Positions 50,483-60,738 of a stretch of DNA of 64,000 nucleotides are shown piece after piece; position 1 is the first letter of the stretch, and every line of letters starts with the position of its first letter. The DNA is taken from contig CM119371.1 of NCBI GenBank assembly GCA_051294905.1, forward strand, positions 32,736,001 to 32,800,000. The letters run 5' to 3'. The position numbers and the translations under genes were made by a program. This DNA comes from Botryllus schlosseri. Its lineage: Eukaryota. A model generated the notes under the pieces. The model was given only the letters and a program-made list of their open reading frames with translations, ran no database searches and was not told the DNA's origin.

Positions 50483-52558
50483 GTAAGAACTTGCCCGGTT
50501 GGATTAAACCTAAAAAGCCACAAATAGCATAGACAAAAGACCAAGACAATCAAATACCATATACGTATTTGAAAGCACTGTTACATCATTCAAGTCTATA
50601 AGGCATTATAGTTGGTGGAAAAACAGCATCATCCTTAATTTGTGCAGAACATTCCTGAGCTGACATGGATGGTTTAAATATTCGCGTAGCAGTTCAGAAT
50701 TTGCATTGTCACTTTCTTTCTGAATCTGAACCACTTCCTTTTCTAAGATCCTGACTTACATTTAACATGTTCTCGCTGCATTGTAGCATATACTTGAATA
50801 CAGCAATTAGGAGATACTGAAGCTATCTATCAGTTACAACATAACATATAAATGAGTGGTACAAAACTCATCGCAGCTAATGAAATCTACAGTTGTCAAT
50901 CGACGTGTGGGCCTTACTAAATATGTTGTTTACCGAGTCATCTTAATGTAACTGGTAGCCCATTTCAAGAATGCAATGGTAAAAATGTTCTTATGCAGCA
51001 CCTGATCTTTGGTCAAGTTTTGGTTGCAGTCGAATCCGTGGAAAATTGCACTTATTATTCTTAAAAGTTGCAGTAAAAAGTTGCATTTATTTTTCACCAA
51101 AGATGTACTAATCTACTAAATTCCCACATTTATGGACAAGTTCCTTGAAATTAATATGGTATGAGATACTCCAATCGATGCGTATCCCAGGCACTGTAGC
51201 AGAACGCAGTGTTGGCGACTTATCAAAATCAATAATCTGAAAAAATTGACCCAGTGTTATATAATTTTCGACGGTCTAGCCTGAATGTACGTCAAATCAG
51301 AAATGACTTAAAATTTAAACGGCAGCGAAAAAAATCAAGCGATCCATTTATATTTAGTACCAAATATTTCCAGTAAAAGTTAGTTGCATGAAAATCGAAA
51401 AGCTGCAAAACGTTGCTTGTAAAAATGAAGAAAAGTTGCAATATAAGATTCCACCAAACAGCTCAAAACATCATACTACATAACTTCCGAGTATTTAGGA
51501 AGCTGCCAGAAGCTTTAAAAAAGTTGCATAAACGTGTCCTATGATCATTCAACTCATACCTCTGCCCTCCTGAAATTGATTCCATAGCTAGATTGTTTGG
51601 TCACATTTTGGAACATCTTTTTCTGTGACATAACATTAAATGGTCAACCTCGCAATAAATTGAATATATGTAGCCTGCTGTTCACCTTTCTCAATGATAG
51701 CCGTTCAAACCGTTCAAGTAACGACATACATTTTTGAGGCATTAAATATCATGCATCAGACCGTTCGAACCTTTCCTGCATACAAGATATATTGTATATC
51801 TATTTGTATATCACTGCCGATTAAAAGACATCCATCTCTGATAAATAATACACTTCCTGCCAACACTATAAAGACTTTCTAACTGACTGTACCGGGTGCA
51901 TATTGATCATGCTGAAGCTTTGAAAATATGCTGTCAATCCTCGCTCATGGAATGAACAAAATTACCATCATGGTAAGCCTGAGAATGGATTTCCATTCAG
52001 AAAAGGCCTAATTCACAACTAATATGTTGAGTCGCGAGAATGCCAATGTAAACAACAATATATATGTAATAGCCTACATGATTTCATTTGCTTTCAAATG
52101 ACTATTTCCTTCGATATTTTGGATAATCAAGCTCAGTGTGGACTTGCTTCGTTATAAATTAACATATCATTTGAAAGCATAAAGAGCCAGCAAGTAGAAT
52201 CGCAAACAAACATATACTCGAAACTTTGATGAACTGTAATATACATTGCTTCCACTAGGAAGTATACATTCTATAATAGTTCATTCCATGTTACAATATG
52301 ACCCCATAAAATCAAAGTAAGCTTTTTTAACGGGCACAGAAATTTGATGATCGACTATACGGTTTACTGTACTATATTCTACATGGACATATATATTCAC
52401 AGTTATTTGCAAAATGATAACTAACATTCGCAAAAATGTTGGATGGCGGCCCTTTAGGTAATGACAAAATGAATGGAGATCATAAAATCAAAGTGAGCTC
52501 ATGTACCTGATACAGAAATTTAATTATCGACTACTGCTTACGGTATCATATTCTACAT

Positions 52559-52666
52559 TAGGCTTACCATCTCAAAAAAGAGGACAAAAGGGCTTCCTCC
52601 GAGGACACTTAAAAAAAGTCAAAAAAGAGGACAAATCCTCTTAAAAGAGGACGTATGGTAAGCCTA
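52559..52666. mobile_element. 108-bp hAT-type mini-MITE with AAAAGAGGACA repeats, inserted in one unit of a local tandem duplication (about 52290-52720)
   Basis: 12-bp TIR TAGGCTTACCAT; perfect TSD TTCTACAT. Confidence 0.88.
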
Positions 52667-54649
52667 TTCTACATAGGTGAATGGGTTTTATTAGTTATTC
52701 GTAAAATGATAACTAAAAAATGAGAATCGATGATTGACCCCTCTTCACGATACACCACCATATTCTTCATGGTTACAAGGACTTCCACGGTTATTCAGAA
52801 AATAGTAATACTTGAATAAAAGCTCGTATACATCGGAGAAAAAGTTGAAAATAGCGCGTAAACCGAGTAGGGGGGCCTCGAAAGCGCGTAAATCAACCAG
52901 CAGGCCCTATGCGTCCGCCTACCTCGCCTACACCAATAGCCACCACTGCTTCTTACGTATATCGTTATGGTGTTTCAAAGGCAATCAATGTTTCGGCCAG
53001 TTAAGGAAACCACAGCTATACTAAGTTTATTGCGTCAAGAGAAAAATTCACAATGTCATACACAAGACCCAATGAGGTACAATGAATTTAAATGAATAGG
53101 CGAAATGACTTGGCACATTCTAATTATTAGACATATACCGATCATGGCGTGCCAGCCTTTTAAAGGTAAACTGCATCTTCATATACAACTTTGCGGAATC
53201 GTGTTCAGAATATTTTTTCATATGGCAATTTCCGACTTTACGTATTTCTAACCAATCGAAAATTGCCGTAATTTGGACTGAAAGTGCCAATATCTGTATG
53301 TTTACAGAAAAAGCCTAATGTCCATTTCAATATCTCCTGATCTATCCTCACCACCGCGGATGTTGTGTTGTAGAAGTAGCAGGGCGATTAGTTTAGTTGG
53401 TGTTGGTGGATTTTTCGCTTGCAATGGATAAGACAAGTCATATTGAAACAGAGTTGAGTACTCTGATTTCGAAGGTAAGCATACTTTTCACACATAACGT
53501 ACTTACAAATATGATATCAATACGCTATGCGTGCTGGTATGTCCAATGTCGCGGTGTGTTGCATATCGTCATCACTGAGTTTCTCGAGGTTGCGAGGGAA
53601 AGTATGAGAGATCAGCAAACCGGATAAAAATCACCTGTGGATGTGAGAATTGAGAAATGCGTAGATTCATGTGTCCCCCAAGATCTGTTAAAATTGGTAA
53701 TATTAAACCGAACTGAATTGAAGTATAGTCTAGTCAGGAATTTCCAAATATATGTTTGTCGTTGGTGATTTATTAGGATATAGCTATCGTTGTCACATAA
53801 AATTAGGTTTTAATTTCGAAGATTTCCCGCTTTTGTTGAGAGCTGCCGACGGCAGACTAACCTTGCATCGGTGCAATGCTGTGAAGTCTTTTTTCATGTT
53901 AGCAACAATTGTGTAAATTGTAGAATGAACAGGCAGAAAAATTCGCGAAAACTATTTAGATTTACTAGGTTGCTTTACTTCTATTCTTACGGTAAGGAAT
54001 TTTAGACCGAACAATAATGATCCTGACCAGGACCGTAACAGCACTTCGTCAGCCCCCCCCAACGTTGGTCTTGGGCCGTCCATAGGGTGATAAAGAAAAC
54101 TTCTGGGGGGGCATCGCCCCCCCCCCCCAGAACACCCATGGGCCTTTGCCTTTTGCCGCTTCTCATCAGCGAGATCTGTTGTAGTGTTTATGAATCATCT
54201 CTTTTTGTCGAGAAGCACGAAGCGCGAAATATTTCCATAATGATAAGGAATCGGGAATTGCATATTGCTATCAATTTTCTCCTTGGAAAATGCAGGGGCC
54301 GAAGAATCACAAACAAGAATCACGACATGATTTTTTTTTCATACGCTGATTACAAATATGAAGTCGCTTTTTTCCTATCACGTCAAGATTTTTTATAATC
54401 CGTGATTCAAAATTTCAGTGCTAAAAACAGCCTTTTCTGTGACGTATTCCTTGCTGTTGGGTCATATCTGTAACAACTGTGCCGTTATCAGAGGTGGTCA
54501 AAGTACTCACCATGGGTACTCAAGTAGAATTAGAAGTACCGGCGTCAATTTCTACTCAAGTAGAAGAAAAAAACCTCAAAAGACTGCGACACAATGAAAA
54601 GATAGGAAGGCGTCGAAACGACTTGAAGTAGTCTTTGAAATCAGCACCC

Positions 54650-55235
54650 ACCTGAGCCCAGGCTCTGTAAAAAAGAGGAATACACAGCATATTGAATGAA
54701 AAATAAAGCGACATTGAGGCTGTGAAGCATTTGAAAAAAAAATCTTTAGGATTTCGCGTGCCAATGTTTTGGAGACATGGACATGGAAAAGACTGTTACA
54801 TTTGCTCATATGGTATTCGTTTGGTTTCAATGTCAAAAATGAGCATCAAATGCAATATCCAATTTGACTTGCGCAATACGACCGATTCCTCATGGACCAG
54901 ATGTCACAATTCCATTGCCTTCAAAAGTTTTACCAACAGTTGAAGATTCTCTCGGTGAAGAGCCTTTTTCTAAAGAATGTTCTCAGCATGAATGTGATGA
55001 TGATCAGCAGCTATATAAAGTTGAATCAAGCTGAACTAAATTACTTTGTCATAAATTTGAATTTGTCAAGTTAATCTGCTCTTATTGTAGGTTCCAGATA
55101 AAAAGCCAAACATATACTTGACACTGACACCATTGTTGTTTGGTATATGCATCGTGATAGTGAATAAAGACGTTTGTTTGCCTCCCAATTTTCTTTAGTC
55201 TACTGTGTCGATGTTCAAGGTTTCATATAGGGACG
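54650..55235 (+). pseudogene. Decayed Chapaev-like (CMC superfamily) transposase N-terminal region
   Basis: Across frames: KSLGFRVPMFWR...DCYIC, GFNVKNEHQMQYP, PHGPDVTIPLP, LNQAELNYFVINLNLS, WYMHRDSE*RRLFASQFSLVYCVDVQG. These follow the motif order I recall for Chapaev3-type transposases; the superfamily label is from memory. Confidence 0.72.
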
Positions 55236-55289
55236 TTGGGAACTGTGAATTGCACCTTTTTGTTTATTCACCAAGCCTATAAAAGCTGT

Positions 55290-55565
55290 TTTATCGGATC
55301 CAAGAATTATCAACGAAAAACTCAAATAACCCGGCTTCTACTAGTTAGAACTGAGTCAAATTTGTTTTGCGTTGTGTTCCATGGGGCTGACAGAAAAATT
55401 CGATGTCCTAATTTTCCTTATAAATTAAAAATTTTAATTGGATCTGCGGAGTCCTATACTTGTTAAAATCGAACCAAATTTGGTTTGCAGCGTTTTCTGG
55501 GACAACCTGACAAACTAATCAGGGAATGGCTGGAATGGGAAAAAAGTCATTTTTGAACAGCCCTA
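55290..55565. mobile_element. MITE fragment with TAGGGCTGTTCAA terminus (hATm-type)
   Basis: Terminus TTTTTGAACAGCCCTA; the same terminus occurs at 2984-2999 and, inverted, at 58209-58221. The left boundary is approximate. Confidence 0.5.
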
Positions 55566-56334
55566 TTGGACATGAACATTCGGCTCAAGCCATTTAGCGC
55601 CTATATGGACAATTAAACATATATGGAGGCTATATATATCTACGTTTTCGGTCAGCATAAGGGGAGTCTTATACGGCCAAGGTTTTCTCACTGCCGATCA
55701 CTCTTGCACACATCTCGCATGTTACATGGCGACGCCGAAATGCCCATGTCTGTAAATCATGAGTATTTTTACTTCGGGAAGGATACCCAATAATCATCAT
55801 ATTCGGCATCATTGAATCGCGCGCGGCACTAATTTTTTTTTCAAAAGTTGCATAAATTTTCAAAAAAATACTCTATAATTTATGTAATTCACGAAATCAT
55901 TTTGGCTCCCCTTCGTGCTCGCCCCCTCCCAATTGGGTGGTTTTGGGTGCGGCAGTTACGGTCCTGATGGTTATTTACCAGTGAATGTGCTTAGTAAGTT
56001 ATGAAGGTACTTTAATCGGCGTTGCGCGGTACCGCACCTCTTTTTGTCGCAGTGGAATACAATTAGCATTTAAAATTTTGTAAAAATTTCATTTTTCAAG
56101 TAATATCTTGGCCATGTTCATGTTTTATCACATTGTTTCAAAGTTAATCATGACTAAAATATCACCCTGATAAAATTAAAAGACGACATGAATTAAATTT
56201 TCTCAGAATGAGTAAAACGGACATGAGCTACGTTGATTCTACCGTGACGATATAGCCTGTTCATTCAACCAATACTGATAAAAAAACAGCAGTATACAGA
56301 GCGATTCAACAAATTTGCACTATATACTTTAAGC

Positions 56335-57162
56335 CATGGGTGTGAAACTCAACTGACGTTGCGGGCCGAATTCAACACTTCAAGTCCCTCGCGGACCGCA
56401 CTAAAATTCCTCAATCCCAAAACACCTCAAAATCCATGCTCTTGTTTTTTATTTGAATACTTCATAAACCAGCCTATATACACAATAGTACATTACAATG
56501 TATTACGAATCATGGGGATTCTATTTTAGCTGCACATTTATTCGCAAACATCGCAGTGAAATTGGCGATAATACGATAATTAGGCGGCTGAATACAGTTA
56601 TAAACCGATGAAACAGTGGATCTATAAATGATATAAGTTGGCATATGTCTATGCTTCCTTTGTTTTAGTGGTATACTGGCCTCAGCCCTGCGTATACGTT
56701 GTGAGAAAAGCGAAAGATTCCACTGCCAATACGCGGAAGTTGGGATTTGCTTCATATTATTGTATCGCGATTCGGGTTTATCTGTAACTTGCATGTAACG
56801 GTTTTGCATTGGCATTTTTGCTTCAGTGAATAACTAGTTTTTAGTCAGTTTTTCTATAAATGATTGAAATGAATATAGACTACGCACATTCTTGCGTTCT
56901 CGGAATTGGGCGTCAATGGCAACGACCTTCTCCTAATGGTGACTATGCCAAACGCAACACCGCAATCGGGTGGTTATAATGTGGCCTGTAAACATCCTCG
57001 ACATGTGCTCTCTTGAGGGACTACCTAATCGAATTATTTCTTACTAAAATTCTCAACATTTGTTAGAAATGTGCTAAATAATAGACGCATTTTCCAATCT
57101 ACTCATAATTGCCTCGCGGGCCGGATAAAACCATCCGGTGGGCCGTATGGGTGACACCCCTG
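56335..57162. mobile_element. hAT (Buster-type) non-autonomous element
   Basis: Degenerate TIRs CATGGGTGT / ACACCCCTG; subterminal GCGGGCCG motifs; TSD CTTTAAG(C/T). Confidence 0.75.
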
Positions 57163-57967
57163 CTTTAAGTTCTACAGTTTAGAATATTATATACTAATCG
57201 TAGTCGGTCATCAGTATCACATTCACCTACAGGTACCGGGAGTAACAAGCATTTACTACAGTTTCGGCCGTTTCGCGTATTCATCTCTCTTCAATGCCAT
57301 TGCCCTAGCTTTCAAAATTAGTTCCTGGTCCTATGTATAATATATTTGTAATTGCCGATTGCTGCGGGACAGTCATCATTCATTACGTTAGATAATTTAA
57401 GCTCTGCAATTTTTGAAGCAAACACCAAGTATAATATTAGTGTGTTTACTATACAGTTTTGCGTGCGTATTCAATCTCTGCCCAGTGTTATTGACCCAGC
57501 TTTTGAATTTAGGTTTTGCTGTGACAACAATCCGTATCTATGACAATTTCCTATGGATGATGAAGATGTTAATTATACGTCATATAGGTTAAAGAGTCAG
57601 TACCGCCAGATTTCGTCCTCCATGTTATCCCCAAGTGCTGACCATCTGGTGTGAAAGCCGCAGATACAATTTTAGCTCTGACGCTTGTCTGTTTGATGTT
57701 AATGTCTATAGGCTTCAGATGACGAATTTTCTAGTGATAACCTTTTCGTCTTGATGTTCATTCGTCATGTAATGTAGGTATTTTGCTGCTCATTGCTCTG
57801 TGGTCAAACTTCAGAAACGTTCAATGGCATTGTGGTTATTCATATTATCATAAAAATGTGTCTGTTCCTCAACAGAGAGTCGCAGTATAAAACTATTGTT
57901 AGACATAAAGCACTTCCCGATCATCTATACTACATCATATCAACGAGCCATAACCAAGCATATCAAC

Positions 57968-58093
57968 ATGAACCCAGAATGGAAAAAGCGCAACGATTTT
58001 ATCCGGGATCACATGGGAGACAAGCCTGTTACAGATGTTAAAGGCATAGGGGTTTCGTATAAAGACAAACTAGCAGAGAAGGGATTTCACAAG
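57968..58093 (+). CDS. BANF1-like: Barrier-to-autointegration factor (BAF)-like protein, first coding exon (MNPEWKKRNDFIRDHMGDKPVTDVKGIGVSYKDKLAEKGFHK); remainder not found in window
   Basis: Aligns over its length to BAF residues 1-41 ([36 protein letters not shown]) with the HhH GIG motif intact. A phase-0 donor AAG|GTTCGT lies directly after GFHK, where similarity stops. Confidence 0.8.
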
Positions 58094-59128
58094 GTTCGTT
58101 GGCCTCTAATATCTGCATTGTTATAGAGATTTGACTAAAAAGTTTGACATGCTCGAAATACAAACAACAAATCCTATTACAAAATATTTTTGATAGCCTA
58201 CATAATATTAGGGCTGTTCAATAATATTTTTTTTCCCAATTCTATCGACTAGGTGACCTAAAGAACGCTGCACGCCAATTTTGGCTCAATTTCAACCTAT
58301 ATAAGCATTGCTATAGAAAAAAAGTTTTCGATTTATTTAATAGTACCCATGGAATTATAAGGTTGTCTAAAAACAGTTCCAAATTTTTGGTGACCGCAGT
58401 CATCACAAGCTTATTTCAGAAAGAATTGCAATGCATGGAAAGGCAAAAGTAAAACAGAATATAATATGTTAATAGTATCACTCATTGAATGATGGGGTGT
58501 ATACATCGAATAATTGACCTCAACCATCAGAGTTGATGGGGGTGTGATTGAAATCAACCGAAAAACTGTTCGAAGAACGTTGCCCATGGAATATTGAGAA
58601 GGTGCCTACTCCAGATTTTCGCAAAACCCTCTTTACGACGAAGGTTGAGTCCCTATCCTCAGCATATACTTGCTGCATCATCTTGCAATGAAAATGCATA
58701 TGCGCAAGCACAACTTAATTAACAGGCACATATGCTAACATATATAAATTGGAATATTGATAAATATACGCAAGACCACAATAATAGAAGCCTTTAGAAC
58801 AGTGGTTCTCAACCGGGGGTCCGCGATGCAATTTCATGGGGTCCACGAGACTCCAAGTTTCCGAAATGATTGGAAACGAATTTGTAACTTTTTTAAATTA
58901 GGGAAATCACGAAGCAGTTTCGTTTGAAACTGCTAATGCTTCAGTAAGTACATCCACAGAATGACCGTAACAGCTTAAAAATCAAATGACGCCGCGGGCC
59001 GGATTCAAACCTTCCAAATTATCGCGAACCGCATGCTTTGTTTTTCACTTGAACACCTTATTACCAAGCAGATATAGAAAATAGTATATTACAATTGTAT
59101 CAGGGATCATAGGCGCTTTATTCTAGCA

Positions 59129-59816
59129 CAGCGGTTCTCAACCTTTTTGGACATGCGCCCCCTTGGCGATGGTAAAAAAATTGCGCCCCCTGACCCCTCC
59201 AACACTTATTGTCATGTCAAAAGGAGCATATAATGTAATACAGAGGTAGGCAACATTTTTGCAAATTACGCCCTCATTTCGATTACTTATATAGCCGCCA
59301 AAGGTCACATTCCAGGGCATAGCCGTAATGAGCTAACTGGACGCAATATACCTACGTTATTCTGTCCATATCCATTCCCGGTGAACTCGGGACTATTCTG
59401 CTGTTCACAACGGCCCATTGTACGCACCGAAATTGCGAGTGGCAATGTTATGAATAGTTGCCGGGATTGCAGATTATCGCACAGAGCGCGATAATTATTC
59501 TGATACACGAATTGATTCCGTAATTAATAGTAGCAGTATCACATATTATTATCAAATATTTAGCCTTTCCCCGCCCAAGTGATCAGATTCACCGGTAGGG
59601 TGCATGGAGGGAGTGCTGTCGAAAATTTAGGGCAAGTTATAAATGATAATGCATCTTCGGGGTGGCCAATAGTTATTAGTCACTTTGTTGCATACTGTTA
59701 TTTCTTGACCCCCCATCAGGATTGTCGATTGTATCGGTAGTGGAAATATATTGAAATCGCCCAAATGTACCATCAACAAATTCCTTTCGCGGGGAGCACA
59801 CGAATGAGAACCACTG
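59129..59816. mobile_element. hAT (Buster-type) MITE
   Basis: TIRs CAGCGGTTCTCA / TGAGAACCACTG; perfect TSD TTCTAGCA. Confidence 0.88.
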
Positions 59817-60738
59817 TTCTAGCAAGTAGCAACACCTTTATTCGCGAACAATGGAATCGACGATGATGATTGGTGGGTCGAATAGACTTATGAACAGCTG
59901 CTAAAACAGTGGTGGTAACGACGATACAAGTTCACTTATTTTCAGAGATGGTCAGTAACGAAGTACTTCTACTTTTTGAAAGTACTCAAGTAGTTTTCCT
60001 CGTCTTCTGGTACTTACTCAAGTAGATCTGATTTTCTCTACTTCTACTTATACTTCGTAATATTTTGTGATCTACTTACTTACTTTTCGTTATTTTCAGT
60101 TTGTCAAGTAGAAGTAGTTTAATCCCTAATACGAAAGATAGCCTGAGGAATTTCGGGGCTGTTGTCACTGAGTACCAACATTTCATATTCATAAAAGTCA
60201 AGTGAAGCCCAGAAATTTTGTTGCGCTTCGCACATAGTAGTTATGGAGTGACAGATATGTTTCACGAAAGTATCAGTGAATATAATTTAGGTTCCGGATT
60301 GCTTGATTGCTTGCTCATACTGCACTGTCGCCCATATCAAATATTTCATCACAGTATGCTAAAGATGGCCCACCCTAACGTTTGAAACTACCGTTTCGCA
60401 ATCTAGCAATTACCTATCATATCGTAATCGATTCGCCTGTATCCTGCTAATCTGGAAAATCCGTAGTTTTTCTAACGTTACACCTGTTTTAGCACTTTTG
60501 AAGCTTTATGGACAAAAGACATGAAATATATTCTACGCTTTTTAGAAGTGGTATTTGTATTTCACTTTAAATTCCGAGTATCATACTTTGAATTGTAATT
60601 GCTTTCAGTTCTTTTGTCTGCAGAACACACATGTTGAAGCACAAAAGCAAGTGTAGTAATACCTCTATTTTCCGAAAGTAAAGCTATACTCAATATCAAT
60701 TTTACGATCCACAATATTTGTTATTAACGTATACCAAT

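Noticed and set aside
56510-56815. 101-aa minus-strand ORF
   Set aside because: Lies wholly inside the TSD-flanked hAT element 56335-57162 and has no recognisable homology.
58196-58250. GCC TAC ATA ATA TTA GGG CTG TTC reads AYIILGLF, resembling BAF exon 2 (AYVVLGQF)
   Set aside because: The only acceptor AG shares its G with the Ala codon and is out of phase; LGLF comes from the TAGGGCTGTTCAA MITE terminus; TAGCCTAC is very common in this window; the frame stops after 18 codons.
57590-58711. Minus-strand open stretches (AAFTPDGQHLGITW, WD40-like; VYAEDRDSTFVVKRV)
   Set aside because: Weak splice sites, no consistent phase chain and only one short motif; cannot be supported as a gene.
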